Positions 10,925-19,926 of a stretch of 48,901 nt of DNA are shown one piece after another. Origin of the DNA: Polyangiales bacterium (GTDB lineage: Bacteria > Myxococcota_A > Polyangia > Polyangiales > Polyangiaceae); contig JBBRLQ010000046.1 in NCBI GenBank assembly GCA_038231275.1, forward strand, positions 1-48,901, read 5' to 3'. The translations under genes and the position numbers were made by a program. Each line of letters opens with the position of its first letter. The first letter of the stretch is position 1. The notes under the pieces were generated by a model. It saw nothing but the letters and a program-made list of their open reading frames with translations. It had not been told where the DNA came from and ran no database searches.

Positions 10925-10940
10925 AGCAGCGGTCGTGCCA
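10925..10940 (-). promoter_or_regulatory. sigma54 (-24/-12) promoter candidate
   Basis: Minus strand reads TGGCACGACCGCTGCT (GG-N10-GC; consensus TGGCACG-N4-TTGC), 14 nt upstream of ATG 10910. Confidence 0.65.
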
Positions 10941-11057
10941 AGCGGTTTCCCGCAGAAATGCCCTGGATCAGCGCGGCCCCCACTCGCGAGCAACCACGGC
11001 AAGCGCGCGCGTGCGCGAAGCGGCTCTAGAATCCAGTCTCCGCGGCGCTTGGACCCC

Positions 11058-13733
11058 TCAGCTGATCGAGCGATACAGGCTCGCCACCGCTTCGTCGATC
11101 TTGTCGACGTCCGCGCCGCCGGCCTGCGCCATGTCCGGGCGTCCGCCGCCCGAGCCACCGACGTGGGCGGCGACGGTCTTGATCAGATCGCCCGCCTTGT
11201 AGCGGTCGGTGAGCGACTTGCTGACCGTCAGGACGAGCGACGCCTTCGGTCCGTTGACGGTCCCGACGAGGACCACCGCGTCGCCGAGCTTGTCGCGCAG
11301 CTTCTCCGCGAGCTCGCGCTGCGTCGCGGCGTCCATCGCGTCGACCTTGATGGCGAGCGCCTTGCCGCCAGGAATGTCGCGCGCGGCCTTGAGCATGTCG
11401 TCGATGCCGCCGCCGCCGGAGCCGCCCATCGCGAGCTTGCGCTTGAGATCGGCGACTTCCCTTTCGAGCGCGCGATCGTGCTCGAGGAGCTTCTCGATCC
11501 GCTCGGCGAGGTCGTGGGTGCCACTTTTCGCCGCCTTCGCGGCGGACTTGAGCCCACCTTCGAGCTGCCGCACGTACGCGAGCGCGTTGAGGCCGGTCGC
11601 CGCCTCCATGCGCCGCACGCCCGCCGCGACGCCGCCCTCGCTGACGATCTTGAAGAGTCCGATCTCGCCGAGCGCGCGCGCGTGGGTTCCGCCGCAGAGC
11701 TCCACCGAGTCGCGCGTCATCGTGAGGACGCGCACGACGTCGCCGTACTTCTCTTCGAAGATGGCCATCGCGCCGGACTTCTTTGCCTCTTCGATCGGCA
11801 GAACCTGCGTCTCGACTGGCGCGTCGGTGAGGATCTTCGCGTTGACGAGATCTTCGATCTTCGCGATCTCTTCGGCCGTCACGGCCTTGCCATAGGAAAA
11901 ATCGAAGCGCAGGCGATCGGGCGCGACGAGCGAGCCCTTCTGCTGCGCGGACTCGCCGAGCACGAGGCGGAGCGCCCAATGGAGGAGGTGGGTGGCCGTG
12001 TGGTTGCGTCGCGTGGCCGTGCGGCGCGCGTGGTCGACCGTGAGGCGGACCTTGTCGCCGACCTTGAGCTCGCCCCACGCGATCTTTCCGAGGTGGACGG
12101 TGAGGCCTATGACCGGCTTCTGCGTGTCGAGGACCTGGACCTTCGCGCCGTCCGAAGTGATGGTCCCGCGATCCCCGACCTGACCGCCTGCCTCGCCGTA
12201 GAACGGCGTGACGTCGGTGACGACGCCGACCTCTTCGCCCTCGCGCGCGGATTCGACGAGCGCGGCGCCGCGGGTGATGGCGACGATCGTGCCCTCCCCT
12301 TCTTCGCGCTCGTAGCCCGAGAAGCGCACGGCGGTCCCTTTTGCGAGCGCCTTGCGCCACACGTCCTCGACGGCTTCTTCGCCGACCTTCGAGCCTTCGC
12401 TGCGCGCGCGCTGCTCTTCGAGCGCCTTGTCGTACCCCGACGTGTCGACGCCGAGATCGCGCTCTTTTGCGATGACCTCGGTGAGATCGAGCGGGAAGCC
12501 GTACGTGTCGTAGAGCTTGAACGCCATCTCGCCGCCGATGACCGTGCGGTTGGACGAGCGCATCGCCGCGACCTCCTCGTCGAGGATCTTGAGGCCGCGA
12601 TCGATCGTCTGACGGAAGCGCACCTCTTCTTGCTCGGTGACGCTGAGGATCAGCTCTTTGCGCTGCACGAGCTCCGGGTAGTGCTCGCCCATGAGCGCGA
12701 CGACCTCGCCGGCGACCTCATGGAAGAACGGGCGGCCGATGCCGAGGCGATGGCCGTGGCGGATGGCGCGGCGCATGACGCGGCGGAGCACGTACGGACG
12801 GCCGGCGCGATCGGGGAAGACGCCTTCGGCGATGAGGAACGCCGTGGTGCGCGCGTGATCGGCGATGACGCGCATCGAGACGTCGTCGTCCCCGCCCGAG
12901 CCGAAATATTTCTTCTTCGAGATGTCCGCCGCCTTGTCGACGAGCGCGCGCAGGAGGTCGGTGTCGTAGTTGCTGGTGACGCCCTGGAGCACGGCGGCGA
13001 CGCGCTCCAGGCCGGCGCCGGTGTCGACGCACGGCTTGGGGAGCGGCTCGAGCTTGGCCTCGCCGTCCACGACGCTGCGCTCGAACTGCATGAAGACGTT
13101 GTTCCAGATCTCCATCCAGCCCTTGCCATCGGACCCGGGCTCTTCGTTGAAGGTGGAGAGATCGCAGCCGTCGCCGTGGTACCAGTGGATTTCGGTGCAC
13201 GGTCCGCAGGGGCCGATGTCGCCCATCTGCCAGAAGTTGTCCTTCATTCCCATCGAGATGATCTTCTCGTCGGGGTAGCCGGTGACCTTCTTCCAGATCG
13301 CGCGCGCCTCGTCGTCCGCCGGGAGGCCGGCCTCGCCGCCGAAGACGGTGACGCACATTTTTTCCGCGGGGAGGCCGTACGTCTTGGTGAGGAGCTCCCA
13401 CGCGTACGCGATCGCTTCTTCTTTGAAGTAGTCGCCGAACGAAAAGTTCCCGAGCATCTCGAAGAAGGTGTGGTGGCGCGCGGTGACGCCGACGTTCTCC
13501 AAGTCGTTGTGCTTGCCGCTGATGCGGATGCACTTCTGGCTCGAGGTCGCGCGCGTATAGGGGCGCACGTCCTTGCCGGTGAACACGTCCTTGAACTGGA
13601 CCATGCCGGCGTTTGTGAACATCAGCGTCGGATCGTTCTGGGGAACGATCGGCGAGCTTGGGACCACTTCGTGGCCCTTCTGCTTGAAGAAATCGAGGAA
13701 CGCCGCGCGGACGTCCGAGGCGGTCTTGGTCAT
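11058..13733 (-). CDS. alaS: alanine--tRNA ligase
   Basis: DPTLMFTNAGMVQFK, HHTFFEMLGNFSFGDYFK, DTGAGLER, NHTATHLL, ELCGGTH, GGSGGGRPDMAQAGG. Confidence 0.99.
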   Translation of the reverse strand: MTKTASDVRAAFLDFFKQKGHEVVPSSPIVPQNDPTLMFTNAGMVQFKDVFTGKDVRPYTRATSSQKCIRISGKHNDLENVGVTARHHTFFEMLGNFSFGDYFKEEAIAYAWELLTKTYGLPAEKMCVTVFGGEAGLPADDEARAIWKKVTGYPDEKIISMGMKDNFWQMGDIGPCGPCTEIHWYHGDGCDLSTFNEEPGSDGKGWMEIWNNVFMQFERSVVDGEAKLEPLPKPCVDTGAGLERVAAVLQGVTSNYDTDLLRALVDKAADISKKKYFGSGGDDDVSMRVIADHARTTAFLIAEGVFPDRAGRPYVLRRVMRRAIRHGHRLGIGRPFFHEVAGEVVALMGEHYPELVQRKELILSVTEQEEVRFRQTIDRGLKILDEEVAAMRSSNRTVIGGEMAFKLYDTYGFPLDLTEVIAKERDLGVDTSGYDKALEEQRARSEGSKVGEEAVEDVWRKALAKGTAVRFSGYEREEGEGTIVAITRGAALVESAREGEEVGVVTDVTPFYGEAGGQVGDRGTITSDGAKVQVLDTQKPVIGLTVHLGKIAWGELKVGDKVRLTVDHARRTATRRNHTATHLLHWALRLVLGESAQQKGSLVAPDRLRFDFSYGKAVTAEEIAKIEDLVNAKILTDAPVETQVLPIEEAKKSGAMAIFEEKYGDVVRVLTMTRDSVELCGGTHARALGEIGLFKIVSEGGVAAGVRRMEAATGLNALAYVRQLEGGLKSAAKAAKSGTHDLAERIEKLLEHDRALEREVADLKRKLAMGGSGGGGIDDMLKAARDIPGGKALAIKVDAMDAATQRELAEKLRDKLGDAVVLVGTVNGPKASLVLTVSKSLTDRYKAGDLIKTVAAHVGGSGGGRPDMAQAGGADVDKIDEAVASLYRSIS

Positions 13734-14866
13734 CTTGAGGAACGTACGTTTAGCACATCCTCGTAGAGGTCGTCGTAGGCGGCTGCGACCACGAAAGGCC
13801 GGAATTTCTCGTGGTAGAGGGCCCTGCCTTGGTCGCCGGCGTCGCGCGCGGCCGACTTGGAGAGGACGACGCGGAGGAGCTCGTCAGCGAGGGCGTCGGC
13901 GTCACCCGGCGGGACCATGCGGAGCGGTGCCAGGGTCTCGAGCGGACCGTCTTTGCACGCGACGAGCGGGATGCCCAAGCTCATCGCTTCGAGGAGGACG
14001 AGCGGCACGTCGACCTTGCCGTACAGGTCGTCGACCGGAAAGGCGATGACGCTCGATGCCGCGAGGAGCGCGGGCATGTCGTCGATCTCACCTACCAGAC
14101 GCGTACGTGAATCCACCCGTGCGGCCGCGAGGGCGCCGAGGAGCTCGTCCTTCGCCGCCGCGGCGCCGCGCGTCTTCGGTCGGCACGCGAAGACGATCGT
14201 CGCTTCGGGCACCGCCTTCAAGACGCGTGGGATGGCGCCGGCGACCGTCTCGGCGCCACGCGAGACCTCGAGGTCTCCGGGATAGAGGATGACCGGCCCC
14301 GCGCCGAGATCGTAGCGAGCCCGCGTCGCGGCGATGCGCGCGTCGTCGGGCGGATCGGGCGCGGCGGCGCACGGCGGAATGACGCGGATCGCTTTTCCGC
14401 GCACGCCTGAGCCGATCAGGCGACCGCGTGTCCATTCGCTGAGAACGACGACCACGTCGCCGAAGAGCCAGCGTCCGATCCCGTCGAAGCTCCGCGGCGC
14501 GCTCGCCACGGTCTGGATGACGGGGCCGTCCCAGCCGGCTGCGGCGCGTACGCGCTTAGCGATCATGGCCGCGGTGGACGAGGCCGGGTTCGGCGCGAAG
14601 ACGAAGTGCCACAGATCGTGGGGATCGCCGAGCGCGAGCCGGCGGAGCACGCGCGCGTTCGAGAGGAGCGCCGGCGAGAAGCGGCCCGGATCGGTGTAAA
14701 TCGCCTCGCTATTGACGCGCGGCCCGATGCGCGGCGCGCCGGGCGTGGTCATCACCGTCGGCTCGGCGCGCGTCAGGTTGGCGGCGACGTCGCGGACGAG
14801 GTTCTTCGAGCCGTCGTGCCATGGCGGCGCGATCGGCTTGGAGACGAAGAGAACACGATGCGCCAC
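13730..14866 (-). CDS. glycosyltransferase family 4 (GT-B)
   Basis: PLVLLEAMSLGIPLV motif and PPGDADALA. Stop overlaps the alaS start (ATGA). Confidence 0.88.
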   Translation of the reverse strand: MAHRVLFVSKPIAPPWHDGSKNLVRDVAANLTRAEPTVMTTPGAPRIGPRVNSEAIYTDPGRFSPALLSNARVLRRLALGDPHDLWHFVFAPNPASSTAAMIAKRVRAAAGWDGPVIQTVASAPRSFDGIGRWLFGDVVVVLSEWTRGRLIGSGVRGKAIRVIPPCAAAPDPPDDARIAATRARYDLGAGPVILYPGDLEVSRGAETVAGAIPRVLKAVPEATIVFACRPKTRGAAAAKDELLGALAAARVDSRTRLVGEIDDMPALLAASSVIAFPVDDLYGKVDVPLVLLEAMSLGIPLVACKDGPLETLAPLRMVPPGDADALADELLRVVLSKSAARDAGDQGRALYHEKFRPFVVAAAYDDLYEDVLNVRSSR

Positions 14867-14911
14867 GAGAGGCGCGACTCTATCACTCCTCTCGGTTCGA
14901 CGTTCTCGGCG

Positions 14912-15535
14912 CTACTCGGACTCCTCCGCTTGGGCCGCTTCCCAAAGCTCGATGAACTTCGCGCGCACCGACGGGTCCAGGTCGATCTCCAGGCTGCGCG
15001 GCAGACGTGCAGCTCGAACGAGCTCGAGGACGTCGGCGAGGTCTTTGAGCCGGTGCGGCGCGCTCATTCCAGAAGCGAGCTTCAGCTCCAGGAGGCAGGC
15101 GAGCGGAAGAAACGCGCCGTGCTCGCCCTTGCGCGCGACCCTTTCCGGATCCGGAAACTGCACAGCCTTCGGTTTTCCATCGCCCGGGTAGTCCCCCGCG
15201 ATGAGCACGTCGATCGTGACGCCGTTCTCCGTGTCGCGTAGCCCCTTGCTGCCGGGGAACTTCTCGACGTACCCGCGCCCGAGGACACGCGCCTTTAGGT
15301 CGGCGAGCCCGTCGCGCGTCAGGAGGACGTCGACGTCGGATGTAACCCGGCGGTAGCCGTATTCGTTGAGCGCCATGGCGCCGGCGATCGCGTACGGGAT
15401 CTTCGCCTCTTCAAGGATGGCGGTGAGCTTGAGGAGGGCCTTGTGAACGTCGGCGTCACCCATGAAGAATCTCCCGGCGCACGCCACGCCGTCCCAGAAC
15501 GCCGCCTCTCCCGACGATCGCGCGCCTGCGGACAT
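14912..15535 (-). CDS. nucleotidyltransferase-superfamily protein
   Basis: IPYAIAGAMAL..YGYRRVTSDVDVLL (G..DxD), later IDVL and LKLASG...RLKDLADV. Confidence 0.75.
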   Translation of the reverse strand: MSAGARSSGEAAFWDGVACAGRFFMGDADVHKALLKLTAILEEAKIPYAIAGAMALNEYGYRRVTSDVDVLLTRDGLADLKARVLGRGYVEKFPGSKGLRDTENGVTIDVLIAGDYPGDGKPKAVQFPDPERVARKGEHGAFLPLACLLELKLASGMSAPHRLKDLADVLELVRAARLPRSLEIDLDPSVRAKFIELWEAAQAEESE

Positions 15536-15620
15536 CTCTCGAAGCGTAGCACGCGAGCCTGCGGTCCCGGCGCTGCCGACGTTGGTCAGGCGCCGGCCAA
15601 CTCGCTGCGCCGCCCGTCGC

Positions 15621-16055
15621 TCACAGAGGCTCGATGTTGGACACTTCGAAATAGACGCGCACCCCGTCGAGGTAGAGCGGGTTCGCGGCAGGAAGGTAGG
15701 CCTCGCTCTTCACGCTGGCCTTGATGACGTAGATTTTTTCGAGCGGGCTCACCGGCTTCTCGGGCGGGACGATGGGCTTGCTGGCAAAGGCGACAATCGT
15801 GATTCCCAGGCCGGTCGTCCCTGGGCAGCGCAGGATTTCCCACTCGTGCGCGCTCTTGATTTGCAGGACCCGCGCCATGTCGTTGGCCTGCCCGGTGAGG
15901 TCCCCGGAAGCATCGTCGGTGAGGCCGGGGATGCTCGGGCACCACGAACGCGTCGGCGGGCGTTCGGGGAGTGGCTTCGGGGGCGAGAGGCTGAGGGGCG
16001 GCGGGGTGGCCGAGCATCCCGCGAGCACGAAAAGAGCCACGACGCACCACCGCAT
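15621..16055 (-). CDS. hypothetical lipoprotein
   Basis: MRWCVVALFVLAGC lipobox followed by a Pro-rich linker. Confidence 0.6.
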   Translation of the reverse strand: MRWCVVALFVLAGCSATPPPLSLSPPKPLPERPPTRSWCPSIPGLTDDASGDLTGQANDMARVLQIKSAHEWEILRCPGTTGLGITIVAFASKPIVPPEKPVSPLEKIYVIKASVKSEAYLPAANPLYLDGVRVYFEVSNIEPL

Positions 16056-16119
16056 GGCAGCGTCTGACGGGATACGCGCGTCGGAATTCAAAGGACGAGA
16101 AAATGCGTCGATTTAGTCG

Positions 16120-16539
16120 TTGTGGGCACCGGCGGCGAGCCACGCAGTGACCGCTTGTGCGGCGGCGGTGTTCGCGACGGCGTTGTCTTTCGGCATCGGC
16201 CCGCCGAACCACGCGAGCGGCGATCGCTGCGGGTCCCCGAGCGTGGAGGATGATGGGCTCGTCGTGCTCACGAGCCCCGCGGCGACCAGGCCGCTGAAGC
16301 ACGTCGTCTTCGTCGTTCCACACTTGAAGCCGGAACGCGGCGACGTCACGACGCTCACTCTGCCTGGCGGGGTCACCGTGCGCTTCAGCGGCCACGACGT
16401 GCGCCACGCGGACGGCCGCCAACTTCAGCGTGTCGGGCTCGTCCCCGACCTCCACGCGCGGCCGACACTCGAAGGGGTGCGAGCGGGCCGCGACGAGGTC
16501 CTCGAGCACGCGCTCGTGTTCCTGAGAACGGGGAAGTGA
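16120..16539 (+). pseudogene. S41 family peptidase C-terminal fragment
   Basis: GDVTTLTLPGGVTVRFSG...DGRQLQRVGLVPD...PTLEGVRAGRDEVLEHAL is the S41 tail. The DLRxN and catalytic-Ser regions are absent and the ORF is only 139 aa. Confidence 0.6.
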
Positions 16540-16633
16540 GCGACCCGCCTCCAGATCGGCGAGCCGGGCGCGCGTCAGGAGGACATTGGCCAGCTCGGGG
16601 AAGCTCGCCCCCGACCGAGCGTATATTGCCGGG

Positions 16634-17023
16634 ATGGCCGTCCAAGGAACCACGACGCAACGTCCATGGGTCGCGCCCGTCGCGTCGCTTGCCCTCGTCG
16701 GTCTCGGAATTTTTCTGCTGAAAGTGTGCGTCTACGACGTGCTGGAGGCCGCCAAACGCCACGAGGCGACGGTGAGTCTGAGCTTCAAGGGCGTGCTCGT
16801 CGCGCCTGTGTTCATCGCCGTCGGCGTCGTCGCTTCGGTGGTCTCGTTCTCGGGCGCAGGCGTCCGCCAGGGGACGTCGGGCTGGAGCGCGCGCTTCACC
16901 AACCCGCATACGCGCCGGCTGAGCCCGCTCGGCTGGGGGATCGCCTTCGCGCTTCTCGGTGCCGGCGGCCTTCTCTACGTGTGGCTCCAGTCGCAGCTGC
17001 GGGCGCTCGGATATGACGTCTGA
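16634..17023 (+). CDS. hypothetical membrane protein (3 TM)
   Basis: Three hydrophobic segments, ends LRALGYDV. Confidence 0.7.
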   Translation: MAVQGTTTQRPWVAPVASLALVGLGIFLLKVCVYDVLEAAKRHEATVSLSFKGVLVAPVFIAVGVVASVVSFSGAGVRQGTSGWSARFTNPHTRRLSPLGWGIAFALLGAGGLLYVWLQSQLRALGYDV

Positions 17024-17513
17024 TGGAGGCGCGCCCTTTCGCGGGGCACCTGCGGCCGTGGTCACCCCCATCGCCCTGCGCTACGTGGCCTGTACTTGGT
17101 TCGCGCCGCTGCAGCTCGCGGCCCTCGCGGCGATCTTCGTGTGGGCGAGCGCGGGCGGGCTCATGCAGGCGAAGGCGATGCCGTGGGCGGGCGTTTTCTT
17201 CGCGCTCCTCGCGATCATCAAGCTGCCCGTCGTCACCCTTCGCGCGCGTGTCGAAGGTGGCTACGTCGTGGTCGACGGCTACCAGTGGCCGGGCGCACAG
17301 ACGCGCTGGAGCTGCACGCTCGCCGAGGCGACGGACTTCGTCGTCGAGGTCACGGGCAGCGGTCGCCACACGTTCCGCCGCCTCGCGCTGCGAACGACCG
17401 ACGGCAAGGTGTGCCCGCTGACCCAAAATGCGTACGCGGCCGTCGCGTGGCCACACCCCCGTATCGCGGCGCGGCTGACCGCGTGGCTGGCCGCCGCGCG
17501 CGGCGGACGCTGA
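17013..17513 (+). CDS. hypothetical membrane protein (2 TM plus beta-rich soluble domain)
   Basis: Two TM helices then a beta-rich tail. Overlaps the upstream gene by 11 nt. Confidence 0.6.
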   Translation: MTSDGGAPFRGAPAAVVTPIALRYVACTWFAPLQLAALAAIFVWASAGGLMQAKAMPWAGVFFALLAIIKLPVVTLRARVEGGYVVVDGYQWPGAQTRWSCTLAEATDFVVEVTGSGRHTFRRLALRTTDGKVCPLTQNAYAAVAWPHPRIAARLTAWLAAARGGR

Positions 17514-17639
17514 CACTGCACCTACTGCCCGGGCGGCTTCGGGCGCTCCGCCGGCTCGAGAGGACCGTCAGCGACCGCCCGCCGCCCCGAACAAGCGTCC
17601 GTGGCGCCGGCGGAAGCCGCTGTGTAGAGTGGTCCGCGA

Positions 17640-19076
17640 ATGGGCGAGCCGCTCTCTACAACCGAGGTGGCGCGTCTGGCGGCGCTGCGCTCGCAGGAGA
17701 TCCTCGATTCGCCCCGCGAGCGCGCGTTCGACGACATCGTTCAGCTCGCGCGGTTCGTGTGCGGCGTCCCCATGGCGCTCGTCTCGCTCGTCGACGAGAA
17801 CCGGCAGTGGTTCAAGGCGCGCGTTGGGCTGCCGATGACGGAGACACCGCGTGAACAGTCGTTCTGCGCGCACGCGCTCGGCTCGCACGAGCCGCTGATC
17901 ATCGAGGACACGCACGAAGACCCTCGCTTCGCCGAGAACGTGCTGGTCCTTGGCGGTCCGGAGATCCGCTCCTACGCGGGCGTGCCGATCTACGTCGATG
18001 ACGGGGCCGTCGCCGTGGGGACCCTCTGCGTCCTCGATCGCGTCCCGCGAAAGCTCAGCGCCGAGCAGCTCACCGCGCTGACCGCCCTCGCGCGCCGCGT
18101 CGAAACCGAGCTACGCCTACGGAAGAGCGCGAGGATGGCGCCGGCCAACGAGGCCGCGACCGTCGGCCCGGGCGTGGCCACCGGCGCCTCGCTGAGACCG
18201 GGCGCGCTTGGCCTGTCGGAGAACGACGTGGTCGGAGCTCGCTACCGTATCGAGCGATTGCTCGGCGAAGGCGGGATGGGCCGCGTCTATCTCGCGACCG
18301 ATTCGATCGCCGGAGGGCGTGTGGCGCTCAAGATCATGGCGGGCGTTTCGGCCGCGAGCAGCGAGTCGCTCGAGCGCTTCGTGCGCGAGGCGCGTGTCCT
18401 CCTTCGGATACGAAGCGCCAACGTGGCGCGGCTCCTCGACGCGGGCAACCTCGAGGACGGCGCCCCGTATTTCGCGATGGAATACCTCGACGGTCACGAC
18501 CTGAGTCACGAGCCAGTGCCGATGCCTCCGGCGGCTGCGCTCGCGCTCGCGCTTCAGGCATGCGACGGCGTTGCCGCGATTCACGACGCCGGCGTGGTGC
18601 ATCGCGATCTCAAGCCGGGCAACCTCTTCCTCACGCGCGACGGCGACCTGACCACGCTGAAGATCCTCGACTTCGGCATCGCGAAGCTCGCCCGCGGGCA
18701 GGACGCCGGCGACCAGGAGGTGGCGGACGGATTGCTCACCGGCGCCGTCACGGTTCTTGGCACGCCCCGCTACATGTCGCCGGAGCAGCTGCTCTCGTCG
18801 CGCGACGTCGACGCGTCGACGGACATCTGGGCGCTCGGGATCCTCCTCTACGAGCTTCTCACGCACGAACACCCGTTCGAAGGGACCTCCATCACGGAGA
18901 TCTGCGCGAGCATCTTCCTGAAGCAGCCGCGCCCCATGCGGGAGCGCGCCCCGGCGATCCCCGCGGCGCTCGACGAGGTGGTGCTCCGATGCCTCGCGCT
19001 CGAGAAGAAGGATCGATGGCCGACGGTGCGCGCGCTACGCGACGCGCTGGCGGACGTTGGCAAGGCGCTTGACTAG
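17640..19076 (+). CDS. GAF-domain serine/threonine protein kinase
   Basis: N-terminal GAF (EVARLAAL..ILDS..FDDI..SFCAHA..YAGVP..GTLCVLD). Kinase motifs LGEGGMG, VALK, HRDLKPGN, DFG, GTPRYMSPE. Confidence 0.95.
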   Translation: MGEPLSTTEVARLAALRSQEILDSPRERAFDDIVQLARFVCGVPMALVSLVDENRQWFKARVGLPMTETPREQSFCAHALGSHEPLIIEDTHEDPRFAENVLVLGGPEIRSYAGVPIYVDDGAVAVGTLCVLDRVPRKLSAEQLTALTALARRVETELRLRKSARMAPANEAATVGPGVATGASLRPGALGLSENDVVGARYRIERLLGEGGMGRVYLATDSIAGGRVALKIMAGVSAASSESLERFVREARVLLRIRSANVARLLDAGNLEDGAPYFAMEYLDGHDLSHEPVPMPPAAALALALQACDGVAAIHDAGVVHRDLKPGNLFLTRDGDLTTLKILDFGIAKLARGQDAGDQEVADGLLTGAVTVLGTPRYMSPEQLLSSRDVDASTDIWALGILLYELLTHEHPFEGTSITEICASIFLKQPRPMRERAPAIPAALDEVVLRCLALEKKDRWPTVRALRDALADVGKALD

Positions 19077-19111
19077 GGGGGGCGAGCCCAGGAGCTGGTA
19101 CCTTCTCGCCC

Positions 19112-19507
19112 ATGACGAGACACGCCTCCTGTACCTGCGGCAAGCTCACCGTCACCTGCGAAGGCGAGCCGGGGCGCCTCTCGATGTGCCACTGCACCGC
19201 CTGCCAGAAGCGCACGGGCAGTATCTTCGGCGTCCAGGCGCGCTTCCCCACGGACAAGGTCACGATCGCGGGGCTCTCGACCGAGTACGTGCGCATCGGC
19301 GACGAGGGCGGGCGCGTGAGCTCGCACTTCTGTCCGACGTGCGGATCGACGGTCTTCTGGGAGATCGACGCGATGCCGGGCGTCGTCGCGGTGGCGGTCG
19401 GGGCTTTCGCGGACAAGGACTTTCCGCCGCCGAAGGTCGCGGTGTATGTCGAGCGCCGTCCCGAGTGGGCGAAGATGCCGGCGCTCGCCGCGATCGACGT
19501 GGAATAG
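19112..19507 (+). CDS. GFA (CENP-V/glutathione-dependent formaldehyde-activating) family protein
   Basis: CTCG...CHCTACQKRTG...FCPTCGS zinc ligands. Confidence 0.93.
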   Translation: MTRHASCTCGKLTVTCEGEPGRLSMCHCTACQKRTGSIFGVQARFPTDKVTIAGLSTEYVRIGDEGGRVSSHFCPTCGSTVFWEIDAMPGVVAVAVGAFADKDFPPPKVAVYVERRPEWAKMPALAAIDVE

Positions 19508-19565
19508 GCGTCACGCGCGCCTCGGGCCGGCTTGGAATCGGACCGCTAACGGAGGGAATTCGAAG

Positions 19566-19916
19566 ATGGCCGTTCACTACCTGGAAATCGTCAGCAACGA
19601 CGCCGACACCCTGACGGGGCTCTACGAGCGCATGCACGGCCTCTCCTTTGGTCCCCCCGACGCGGATCTCGGCCAGGCTCGCGTCGCGACGCGCGCGGAT
19701 GGAAGCCTGGTGGGCATCCGGAAGCCCCTGGCCGCGCACGAGCACCCGATCATGCGGAGCTACCTCGCCGTCGAAGACATCCAACGCGCCGCAAAGGCGG
19801 CCGAGGAAAATGGCGCCACCATTGCTTATCCTCCGACCCGACAAGGACAGCGGGGGACATTCGCCATCGTCATCCAGGGGGACGTGCAACACGGACTCTG
19901 GCAACGCGAGCGCTAA
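19566..19916 (+). CDS. VOC/glyoxalase family protein
   Basis: VHYLEI start, YLAVEDI, GTFAI...HGLWQ. GGAGG upstream. Confidence 0.85.
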   Translation: MAVHYLEIVSNDADTLTGLYERMHGLSFGPPDADLGQARVATRADGSLVGIRKPLAAHEHPIMRSYLAVEDIQRAAKAAEENGATIAYPPTRQGQRGTFAIVIQGDVQHGLWQRER

Positions 19917-19926
19917 GGTGAGCGGA

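Noticed and set aside
10236..13766. 1176-aa plus-strand ORF
   Set aside because: Antisense shadow of alaS caused by high-GC codon bias. No motifs.
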